In this document: positions 30,346-38,905 of the stretch, piece after piece
How positions within the stretch are numbered: the first letter of the stretch is position 1
How the letters are laid out: each line of letters opens with the position of its first letter
Assembly (NCBI GenBank): GCA_963788495.1
Contig: CAWBGX010000010.1
Coordinates: forward strand, 1,076,205 to 1,140,204
Reading direction: 5' to 3'
Length of the DNA stretch: 64,000 nt
DNA from: an uncultured Acidobacteriota bacterium
GTDB taxonomy: Bacteria; Acidobacteriota; Terriglobia; Acidiferrales; UBA7541
Made by a program: the position numbers and the translations under genes
The notes under the pieces: generated by a model
Databases searched by the model: none
What the model was told of the DNA's origin: nothing
The model's input: only the letters and a program-made list of their open reading frames with translations

Positions 30346-30640
30346 TCCTTTGTTTTCAATCACTTCGGAACTCCTCCGTAAAGCATGCACACTCATCGGT
30401 CCTTTGTTTTCAAGTATTTACAAACTCCTCTTTTCGTAAGTCCTTTTCCTTGATACTCATGCAAACTGCTAGGGGGAGTGGGGGGGGGTAAAAAAGCGAA
30501 CCCCAGGCGAAACCAGCTTCAGATTACTCGTCACTCGCCACTTTCCCCTATCTCCTTCAGAATCAAAACGATGTATCACACGACGAGCTAACCCTCATGG
30601 AATCAAAACGATCCACAAAACATACGGGGGGAGGGGGGAG
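30346..30640 (+). repeat. cluster of five degenerate ~30-bp AT-rich units with two terminal G-tracts
   Basis: TCCTTTGTTTTCAA at 30346 and 30400, TCCTTTTCCTTGAT at 30441, GAATCAAAACGAT at 30560 and 30600; G-tracts at 30472-30488 and 30626-30638. Confidence 0.8.
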
Positions 30641-30710
30641 TCCGCAGCACAGCACAGCCATTCGTGGCTGTGGGGCCCGGCTAACAAGCTGGAGAGGGAA
30701 TCCTGCCTCG

Positions 30711-31199
30711 TCACTTCTTCAGGAGGGCGTCGATGGCCGCTTGGGCGATGGCTTCGTCGATCTCTGACTTTGCGCCGCTGGCGGAAATGCCGCCGAGGAT
30801 TTGGCCGTCGACCAGAATCGGCAGTCCACCTTGGTTGGGGAAGAAGTCCGGAAAGGCCAGTGCCTCGACATTGCCTTTTTTCACCGTGTCGGCGGCGTCC
30901 TTCGACGGACTCTTGTACAGCGCGGCGTGTCGCGCCTTCTTCTGCGCGAATTCCACGGTGTTCAGCGGCGCCCCGTCTGCTTTTTGCAGAAAAAGGAGAT
31001 GACCGCCATCGTCCACGATGCAAATGGTCACTTCCACGTTTCGTTTTTTGGCTTCCGCTTCGGCGGCCGCGACCATCGTCTTGACGGCCGCTAGGTTCAA
31101 ATATTTCTTGCTGGGAAGATCGGTGGGCGAGTTTGTGGCAGAGGTCGCCGCGGACGTGGCCACGAAAAAAACCAGCATCACAAAAAGTAGGTTGCGCAT
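30711..31199 (-). CDS. GlcG/HbpS-family heme-binding protein with signal peptide
   Basis: 'VTICIVDDGGHLL..DGA..AQKKA', 'GGLPILVDGQILGGISASGA'. Confidence 0.9.
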   Translation of the reverse strand: MRNLLFVMLVFFVATSAATSATNSPTDLPSKKYLNLAAVKTMVAAAEAEAKKRNVEVTICIVDDGGHLLFLQKADGAPLNTVEFAQKKARHAALYKSPSKDAADTVKKGNVEALAFPDFFPNQGGLPILVDGQILGGISASGAKSEIDEAIAQAAIDALLKK

Positions 31200-31337
31200 G
31201 CGCAGGATGCTACCAATTGCCTCTGGGCTTTGCCAGATGAAATGCAAACAGCCAGCGTTTGCAAGAGCCCCGCGATGATTTGTGATGATTTCGGCGAGCG
31301 AAGAAGGGCAGCAAGGCTGCGGAGTCACGGAAAACGA

Positions 31338-31413
31338 TGGCGCGCCCGGAGGGACTTGAACCCCCAACCCTCTGGTTCGAAGCCAGATGCTCTATCCATT
31401 GAGCTACGGGCGC
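31338..31413 (-). tRNA. tRNA-Arg (anticodon UCG)
   Basis: 76-nt cloverleaf GCGCCCG...CGGGCGC-G-CCA; anticodon arm TCTGG-CTTCGAA-CCAGA; T-loop TTCAAGT. Confidence 0.96.
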
Positions 31414-31736
31414 TCCATGGGCATTATAACCATAGGAATCGGTTTCTGGCTGTTGCGTTTGAGGTACCAGCAAGGGCTGAGGCCCAGGTGCGGAAACAAA
31501 GAATGAACGCAGGGCGTGTTCACCTCCGGCTGCCGCGCGTCGAATTCGTATTCGGTCGCTCCGTTTTTCTGCGGAATCGCGTACAGCCGCTCCATCAGCA
31601 CGTTTCCAAAAGCTTCCCCCGCCTTCGGGTGCGCCATGCGGTAGCGCACCCGCAAGTAATCCCCGGCGTAAACCAATCCGAGCAGAAGAACCACGCCGGC
31701 GAGCGCGCGTTTCGCGATCGTGCCGATCGCCTTCAC
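31404..31736 (-). CDS. small membrane-anchored hypothetical protein
   Basis: N-terminal TM helix, C-terminal 'PCVHSLFPHLGLSPCWYL'; last codons overlap the tRNA promoter and 5' end. Confidence 0.65.
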   Translation of the reverse strand: MKAIGTIAKRALAGVVLLLGLVYAGDYLRVRYRMAHPKAGEAFGNVLMERLYAIPQKNGATEYEFDARQPEVNTPCVHSLFPHLGLSPCWYLKRNSQKPIPMVIMPMERP

Positions 31737-31772
31737 GAGATCGCTCTCATGTTCATCGCTAGGGTCGACATA

Positions 31773-31847
31773 AAAATGCTCGGCATGGAAACGCTCGGCA
31801 CAAAAATGCTTGGCACAGAAACACCCGAGGCAAAAAACGTCTGGCAT
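31773..31847. repeat. degenerate 15-bp tandem repeat (5 units)
   Basis: aaaatgctcggcatg / gaaacgctcggcaca / aaaatgcttggcaca / gaaacacccgaggca / aaaaacgtctggcat. Confidence 0.7.
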
Positions 31848-32021
31848 ACAAATACTGGAAATACAGGCACGCGGCACGGAAACAGCACGGACTACTGCCG
31901 CTTCGCCGAAACTTTTCCGTTCCTCGGCAAATTGCAATCACGAGCATAACATTGGCAGCGCGTTTCCTCTTTCGCGTCGCGCATCCGGGCCGGCCCGATT
32001 CCCTGTGATAGACTCCGGCTC

Positions 32022-32687
32022 ATGCAGCGGCGTCAGTTTCTGGTTCTCTCCGCAGCCAGCATTGGCGGAGTGCTGGTCTACACACTCGATCGCCGCGCCA
32101 TTCGTCTCTCCGCGCAAGAAAACAAATCGGTCCGCATTCCTCTGCGTTTTTTCTCGCAGGCCGAAGCGCTCATCGTGGCGGCCGCCGCGGCGCGAATCTT
32201 TCCGAGCGACGACGCCGGCCCCGGCGCCCGCGAAGCCGGCGTGGTCATCTACATCGACCGCCAACTCGCTGGTCCTTGGGGCCGCGACCAGCGCCGCTAC
32301 ACGCACCCGCCCTTCGACGAAGATTTTCCGCCGGAACTGGGCTATCAAGGCCAGGCCACGCCGCAAGAACTTTATCGGAGCGCGCTCAAGGGCCTGAAAG
32401 GTTTCGACAAACTTTCCTCCGCAGAGCAGGACACCAAGCTCGCCGAAATCGAAGACTCCTTTTTTTTCGAGCTGCTGCATCGCAACACCATGGAAGGCAT
32501 GTTCTGCGATCCCCTTCACGGCGGCAACGTGGACATGGTCGGCTGGCAACTGATCGGTTTTCCTGGCCCGCGAATGAGCAACTACGAAGACATCGACAAA
32601 CATTTTGGAGAAGCGTTCCGTCCCAAACCGATGAGCCTGCGCGAGTCCAGCGGCATCGAGGCGCATCCCCTCGAGGACGAAAAGTGA
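32022..32687 (+). CDS. gluconate 2-dehydrogenase subunit 3 family (Tat)
   Basis: QRRQFL; 'PGAREAGVVIYIDRQL', 'EGMFCDPLHGGN...GWQLIGFPG'. Confidence 0.92.
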   Translation: MQRRQFLVLSAASIGGVLVYTLDRRAIRLSAQENKSVRIPLRFFSQAEALIVAAAAARIFPSDDAGPGAREAGVVIYIDRQLAGPWGRDQRRYTHPPFDEDFPPELGYQGQATPQELYRSALKGLKGFDKLSSAEQDTKLAEIEDSFFFELLHRNTMEGMFCDPLHGGNVDMVGWQLIGFPGPRMSNYEDIDKHFGEAFRPKPMSLRESSGIEAHPLEDEK

Positions 32688-34447
32688 AGACGCTTCCGCA
32701 CGTGGACGTGGTCATCGTGGGCGGCGGTTGGAGCGGGCTGCTGATGGCCAAGGAAATCGGGTCGCGCAGCGCGCTGAACGTCGTGGTGCTGGAGCGCGGC
32801 GGGCCGCGCAAGACCGCGGACTACGCCGGCGACATGGATGAGCTGGACTACTCCATTCGAATGCGCATGATGCAGGATTTGTCGCAAGAAACGGTCACGC
32901 TGCGGCATTCTTCTAAAGATCGCGCCGCTCCGATGCGGCAATACGGATCATTTCTCCCGGGTTCCGGCACCGGCGGCGCGGGAGAACACTGGAACGGAGT
33001 GGTGCCGCGGTTCCAGCCGGATCTTTTCGAACTGCGGTCGCAGATGCTCGCGAAATATGGCGCGGATCGCCTGCCGCAGGATCACGCCATGCGCGATTGG
33101 GGCGTCACTTACGCAGAGTTGGAGCCGTACTACACGCGCGCCGATCTTTTGGTGGGCTCTTCCGGCAAAGCTGGAAATCTGCGCGGCCAGCAAATCGATG
33201 GCGGAAACATTTTTGAGGGCTCACGCGGCGCCGAATACCCTAATCCTCCGCTGAAGATTCCGTATTTTTCTTCACTCTTCCACGACGCTGCAAAATCTCT
33301 GGGATACCATCCTTATCCAAGCCCGGCGGCCACGCTCAGCCGCGCCTACGTGAATCCCGATGGCGTGGCGCGCGGGGCCTGCTCGTTTTGCGGCTACTGC
33401 GAGCGCTTTGGGTGCATGATCGGCGCCAAAGCGCAGCCGACCAACACGTTGTTGCCGGTCATCCAGAAGCACAAGAACATTTCCATTCGCAATGGCGCGT
33501 GGGTTCGCCGGGTGGTTCACGACTCGGGGCAGAAAGAGGGCAAAGCCCGCGGCGTGCGCTACATCGATTCCACCGGAGAGGAAATCTTTCAGCCCGCGGA
33601 TTTGGTCTTGCTGTGTTCCTGGACGATGAGCAACACCAAGCTGCTGCTGCTTTCCGGCATCGGCCTACCCTACGATCCCGCCACCGGCAGAGGAACGCTT
33701 GGGAGTAACTTAACGCACCAAATCTTATGGCCCGGCGTCAGCGCATTTTTTGAAAAGCCGCTCAACCGCTTCATGGGTTCCGGCTCGGCGGGCGTGGTCA
33801 TCAGCGACTTGGACGCCGACGTGTTCGATCACAGCAAACTTTCTTTCCTGCGCGGCGGAACGTTGTCGGCCATGAGCTTTGGCCATCGCCCGATTGCCAA
33901 TTTCGGCAGCGTTCCTCGCTCGGTCAAGATGCGTTGGGGCTCGGAATGGAAAAAAGCGGCGATCTCCTACTACGATCGAACTGGCCGCATCGGATTCGCG
34001 GGCGAGCACTTGCCCTACAAAACGAACTACATGGACTTGGATGGCACTTACAAGGATCGCTTCGGCGACCCGCTGCTGCGCTTGACGCTGGATTGGCAGG
34101 ACAACGAGCGGCGCATGGCGGAATTCGCGCAAGAGAAGGGAAGTGAACTGGCGCGCGCCATGGGCGCGACGGAAGTGCACCCGTCGCCGCCGCTGGGAAG
34201 ATACGACGCCACGCAATACCAGTCGACCCACGTGCAAGGCGGAGCGATCATGGGCAGGTCGCCGGAAGATTCCGTGGTGAACACGTATTTGCAGCACTGG
34301 CAAATGCCCAATCTTTTCGTGGTGGGCGCCTCGTCGTTTCCGCAGAACGCCTCCGCAAACCCCACGCTCACGATTCTAGCGGTCGCTTTTCGGTCCGCCG
34401 ACGCGATCGTCAACCGCTACCTGAAGAGCCCCGCGGCGCTGGCCTAG
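32684..34447 (+). CDS. GMC oxidoreductase, gluconate 2-dehydrogenase flavoprotein-like
   Basis: VIVGGGWSG FAD motif, GGAGEHWNG, CSFCGYC, YQSTHVQGG, NPTLT; GTGA overlap. Confidence 0.92.
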   Translation: MKTLPHVDVVIVGGGWSGLLMAKEIGSRSALNVVVLERGGPRKTADYAGDMDELDYSIRMRMMQDLSQETVTLRHSSKDRAAPMRQYGSFLPGSGTGGAGEHWNGVVPRFQPDLFELRSQMLAKYGADRLPQDHAMRDWGVTYAELEPYYTRADLLVGSSGKAGNLRGQQIDGGNIFEGSRGAEYPNPPLKIPYFSSLFHDAAKSLGYHPYPSPAATLSRAYVNPDGVARGACSFCGYCERFGCMIGAKAQPTNTLLPVIQKHKNISIRNGAWVRRVVHDSGQKEGKARGVRYIDSTGEEIFQPADLVLLCSWTMSNTKLLLLSGIGLPYDPATGRGTLGSNLTHQILWPGVSAFFEKPLNRFMGSGSAGVVISDLDADVFDHSKLSFLRGGTLSAMSFGHRPIANFGSVPRSVKMRWGSEWKKAAISYYDRTGRIGFAGEHLPYKTNYMDLDGTYKDRFGDPLLRLTLDWQDNERRMAEFAQEKGSELARAMGATEVHPSPPLGRYDATQYQSTHVQGGAIMGRSPEDSVVNTYLQHWQMPNLFVVGASSFPQNASANPTLTILAVAFRSADAIVNRYLKSPAALA

Positions 34448-34617
34448 TCGTCGCTTCTCTTATATTGGCGGTTCTTCGGCGGTGCGGTGAAAATGGCGGA
34501 ACTCGGTGGGTTTCCGGCGGCGCAACAACACTGCCAAGCGCGCAACGATTAGCTACCAGTCAGAGGCGACCAAACCGCGAATCCCCACACGAAAGCTATC
34601 GCTCCAGCAAGCCGTTC

Positions 34618-36108
34618 TCAACCAGATAGTTTCAACTCACGAATCGCTTCTCCAGCGCCGCTCAGGTTCGCGAGCCGCATCTCGGAGTACTTGCGGGACA
34701 GAAGCACGCCTGGCGCGCCAGCGCGGAACGCCGCCAGGACTGCTTCCTTAACGCTTTGCGGCGTACACTTGCTGTTGTTGGCCTCGGTGGGGATATCGAT
34801 ATCAATGCCTGGCCAGATGAGAGTGTTGGTGCCGGCAACCCCCTGAAGCGAGCGCTTCGTTTCGCGGAAGACGTAATCCGCCGAAAGGCCGGTGTGAGGA
34901 ATCTGATCGTAACTGCCTTCCTTAAATCCCATCACCGCATAATTAAAATCGATGAGACTCTGCTTCGAGAGATCTCCATAAAGTGTCGAGCCGATGTTGT
35001 CTGCATAGAACGCCATGCGTTCGCCGCCGACGTTGTTGTACATCACGACCTTGATGAAATCCGAATAATTTGAGAGCTCATGAAGATCCTGTTCCGCGCG
35101 GTAGATGGGATTGAAGGAATTGTTGTGCCAGATGTGCCAGCCTACCGGCACCGCCGGCTTCGCGGTCTTTACGGTTTTGTAGATCGCAGCGTAGGTCTCG
35201 CGAAGACTGTCTGTCCACAGCATTTCCCAGGCAGCTAGTTCGGGATATCGCAACAGCAACCGCCAGAATTGAACGTAGTAGCCGTCCACGGGGCGCTGGC
35301 CGCTTCGCGCCGAACGCACGAACTTTTCCAATTCCAGAAAACCTTGCCGGGCGCGCTCCACATTGATACCGCGCTGTTTTGCTTTGCTCCGGCAAAACTC
35401 GCAGAAGCAAGTCACCTTATCCGGATCGACCGGCGGTATGTCGTGGGTGGCTCCCAAGCTGTCTGAAAGCGCGCCCTGCCGTTCGGACCCCCACATGATT
35501 CCGTCGATGTCATAGGACCGCGCATAGTCCTCGACCAGCCCGGTCAGGAAATTCCGGTAGTCCGGATTGTTCACGCACAGCGTCTCCGCATTCCGCCCGT
35601 AGAGGTCCCGCTCCTGCAGCTTCTCGATGTTCGGTAAGTCGGTGCGGAATACGTCCTCAAGCCAGCACATAACTTTCATGCCGCGCTTTTTAGCGGCAGG
35701 AAGCACTTCGGCAAGGATATCCAGGTTGCCGTGGTCGGGCGCGCGGGTGTCCTTGAGAACCGTGTTTTTGTAATACTGAGGATGAGGGGTGGCAAAGTTG
35801 CCGCCGTGAAAATTGAGGTCGTACTCCTGTTTGCCATGATCCGGCAGCGGTTGGCCGGGAATCTGTCTTCCCGCGATGCCTCGGCCATAGGTGAACACCG
35901 CAAGAAACAGCGTATTCACGCAGGCGCGTTCCTGAAGCGTATCAAGCACTTTCTCGGTGCCTTCATCCACGAACGAAATTGCCCCGACTTGGATGCCGAT
36001 CATTTTGGAGGATGCCGCAGGATGTGCTGGAGCCGGCAGGGCCAACGCAGCACCGGCGCCAGCAGCGATCTTCAGAAATTCACGGCGATTCACATCCGAT
36101 TTCAACAT
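34618..36108 (-). CDS. Tat-exported hypothetical protein, glycoside-hydrolase-like TIM barrel
   Basis: NRREFLK; 'LCVNNPDYRNFL..YDIDGIMW', 'CFCEFC'. Confidence 0.7.
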   Translation of the reverse strand: MLKSDVNRREFLKIAAGAGAALALPAPAHPAASSKMIGIQVGAISFVDEGTEKVLDTLQERACVNTLFLAVFTYGRGIAGRQIPGQPLPDHGKQEYDLNFHGGNFATPHPQYYKNTVLKDTRAPDHGNLDILAEVLPAAKKRGMKVMCWLEDVFRTDLPNIEKLQERDLYGRNAETLCVNNPDYRNFLTGLVEDYARSYDIDGIMWGSERQGALSDSLGATHDIPPVDPDKVTCFCEFCRSKAKQRGINVERARQGFLELEKFVRSARSGQRPVDGYYVQFWRLLLRYPELAAWEMLWTDSLRETYAAIYKTVKTAKPAVPVGWHIWHNNSFNPIYRAEQDLHELSNYSDFIKVVMYNNVGGERMAFYADNIGSTLYGDLSKQSLIDFNYAVMGFKEGSYDQIPHTGLSADYVFRETKRSLQGVAGTNTLIWPGIDIDIPTEANNSKCTPQSVKEAVLAAFRAGAPGVLLSRKYSEMRLANLSGAGEAIRELKLSG

Positions 36109-36201
36109 GAATTGCTCCTACGGTCCTTGCTATCGCTTGCGGTGCCGCACGATGGCCTAAGCGTTGCGTGCGGGCTGGGCCCGCGCGCCATGCCTTCGCG
36201 T

Positions 36202-37777
36202 CTAGACCAACGGTTGGTCAGGTCTGTAGTTGTGGCGCAGTGTCAGCGACCCATCGGGATTGACCCGTTGCCGGCACGCCCAACGAATCGGGTGCAGCAC
36301 GCCCTTGACCTCCAGCTCGGCTTTCAGTCGCAGTCCTTCCCACTTGGCGCCCGCCGGCAGCATCAGCATCGCCTGACGAATGCCGGTCGGCTTCGGATAT
36401 CCAGGGTCGACGCACCCGGACACCATCATTTTGTTATCTTCGCTGAACAGACTTAGTCGCAGCACCCCGGGAACCGCCGCGATTCCGTCGTTGGCCAGTC
36501 CGATGACCAGGCCGGGCGCTCCGTCTCGCTGGAAGGTCCAGAGGAAGGATGGGCGAATCCGATAGCCGATCCGGCGAGCCATGGCCTCGATGGGCTCCGG
36601 ATATTTGTCGTAGTAGCTCAGGATGCTGCGAGCGGACTGGTTGTGCCAGCTCCAAACCGACAGATAGTTGGCTCCCACATCGGCTACATGGGAAAGGATC
36701 TGTTCGTTGTAGGTAATTCCGTCTTGATCGATGCGCAGTTCTTTCGGTTCGCCGGTGCTGAAACCTACCTCGCAAATCGCTGCGGCCCAGGGCGGACGGT
36801 TGCTCAACGCCTCTATTTGTGTGTTCTCGATGAAGATGGTATCGGTACGCAGCCAGTTGCAGCTCCGCATCGTGCGATCGAGCAACTCGGCGTTCCCGAC
36901 GTTGCTGAAGTCGGGTTGCGTATTGGTGGCCAGCGGGGTTTTGTTCCACTTCTCGACCTGTAGCTCAAACATGGCCGACCAGGTCTGTTCCGCAACCAAT
37001 TGGCTTGGGAAGGGATTCCCTTCGTACGGCCAGGTGTGCCCTTCACCCCAGAACCCGTACATCATGGTGTCCATGAACTCGACCTGCGGATTACCGTTGA
37101 GTTCCGCGGCCAGCAGTTCGTTCAACTCGCGAAACGCAGCTTGATAGGCCGGATGGTCGTAACGCGGTACGCGGTTGTCTTTGTGGTAGCGCGTTTCAGC
37201 GGGGTTGCCCTTCCACTCGCCTTTCAGCTGCACGCGGGGAACCTTGTTCAGCAGAAAATCCGGCATACCCGGCTCCGCCACGTCGGGATTCTCCAATTGC
37301 ACGCGGAAGCCGATTTGCTTGTTGTAGCGACGCGCCAGATCCAGCGCAATCTTCCACCATTCCGGGAAATCCAGTCGGCCCGGTTGCTTTTGCACTTCGC
37401 GCCAGTTGGGCCGCAGGTACACTTTTTGCGCGAACGGCAGCTTGATCAAATCTTCCAGCGTTTTCTCCGTCGATTGACCGGGAATCTGCAGCGGATCCGG
37501 TGTCGTCGGAAACGTAGACAATCAGGCCCATCCCGTAGTTGCTGACGATCTCCTTCGATGGCGTCGTGACCATCGCCACGTCGCTGTCCGGAACCACCGC
37601 GCACGGGCCATACTGGGGGAACGGTCCTTGATAGAGCCGGTCGGGAACCGCGGGACCTGGTCCCCAATCGTATTTGTCCCAGTTGTGCTCCGGAATGGTG
37701 GCGTTGGCCGTGACCTTGCCGAATCCAACGGCAAGTCCTGTGGTGGCGGCCAACTTGAATAAGCTGCGGCGGTCCAT
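36202..37777 (-). CDS. Tat-exported hypothetical protein (DUF4832/glycosidase-like), frameshifted near 37496
   Basis: DRRSLFK signal; the two ORFs join by removing one base (SDDTG|PLQIPG); 'YGFWGEGH', 'RRIGYRI'. Confidence 0.7.
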
Positions 37778-38041
37778 GGGCGCTCCTGAAATGGTGAAGT
37801 TCGGCAACCCGCGCGATACCGCAGATGATACATCAGCATCGAAACAAAACGAACGTATAAGAAAGTATTCGTAACTTGGAGTGGGATCTCGACGGTTCAC
37901 CGCCAACTGCAAGTTTTTCGGCCGACTACGAACGTTGATTGAGAATCGGGCCTCTCGAAAGTAAAAAAACTCCGGGGCCAGAGCCAAAGAATTTGTGCGC
38001 TTTGGCGGCACGACTAAACAGGTTGTGGAAAAAAGAGGGGA

Positions 38042-38066
38042 GGGACGCGCTAAAGCGCGCCCCTAC
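38042..38066 (-). repeat. GTAG-type REP-like palindrome
   Basis: Minus strand GTAGGGGCGCGC-TTTA-GCGCGTCCC. Confidence 0.6.
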
Positions 38067-38159
38067 ACGTTTCCCGTAGCGGCTGAGAGCCGTACCCTCC
38101 CGAAGAATGGTTTGTGAGATGGGCCCTAGAGGGACAGATGTGAAACACTGGGATTCACC

Positions 38160-38819
38160 ATGCAACTGAGCCCGCTTCGCTTTTCGGCCCGCGACAAACG
38201 TTTGTCATTGTGGTTGGGGGCTGCCGCATTGTCTTTTGGAATCTTCGTGAAGATCACTACCGAACTGCTGGAGCATGAAGTGCGTGGCGTGGATTCGTCC
38301 ATCTTGACTGCGGTCGCCAAGATGCGAAGGCCATGGCTTACCGGCGTGGCCGTGGACCTAACGGCTCTTGGCTCGCTTACATTGGTGGTCCTGATATCTG
38401 CGGTAGGCCTTTGCATATTTCTTTCGTTACAGGACCGTCCAGCAGCCTGGCAGCTTCTCCTGAATTCGGTGGGAGCGGGAATTTGGACAGTAATAACCAA
38501 GAACTTCATTGAACGAGCTCGACCTGAGGACGTCACTCACCTTGTACAGGTTTCCGGCTTTTCCTATCCCAGCGGCCATTCGCTCGCGTCCGCTTCACTG
38601 TACTTGACGATTGCACTCCTTGCGGCGCGCCATTTGCCAACAATGAAGGGCCGCATTCTACTGTTTGGCCTCGCCATTGCGATCATTTCGCTGGTCGCTA
38701 TGTCGCGAGTGTACTTGGGTGTGCATTACCCCAGCGACGTGGCCAGCGGCGTTTTGTTGGGAGTCGCCTGGGCTCTACTGCTGGCCGGCGGGTTTTCAAT
38801 GAGGGAACGTCGCGTTTGA
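38160..38819 (+). CDS. PAP2-family phosphatase
   Basis: KxxxxRxRP, SYPSGH, SRVYLGVHYPSDV. Confidence 0.95.
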   Translation: MQLSPLRFSARDKRLSLWLGAAALSFGIFVKITTELLEHEVRGVDSSILTAVAKMRRPWLTGVAVDLTALGSLTLVVLISAVGLCIFLSLQDRPAAWQLLLNSVGAGIWTVITKNFIERARPEDVTHLVQVSGFSYPSGHSLASASLYLTIALLAARHLPTMKGRILLFGLAIAIISLVAMSRVYLGVHYPSDVASGVLLGVAWALLLAGGFSMRERRV

Positions 38820-38905
38820 TGAGGTGGACGACAAGTCGGATCACTGGACATCTGAAAACCACTTGTCTTGCCCCATCACTGGAGGCGAGGCCGGCGGTGA
38901 TAACT

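Noticed and set aside
30285-30491. 68-aa ORF across the repeat cluster
   Set aside because: TTG start without SD; it is simply a translation of the repeats and G-tract
30346-30640. Possible CRISPR array
   Set aside because: Units are degenerate, spacing is irregular (40-54 bp), spacers are too short and no cas genes are present
27990-31340. Integrative element at tRNA-Arg
   Set aside because: No integrase or transposase, and I found no duplicated tRNA 3' end in the window
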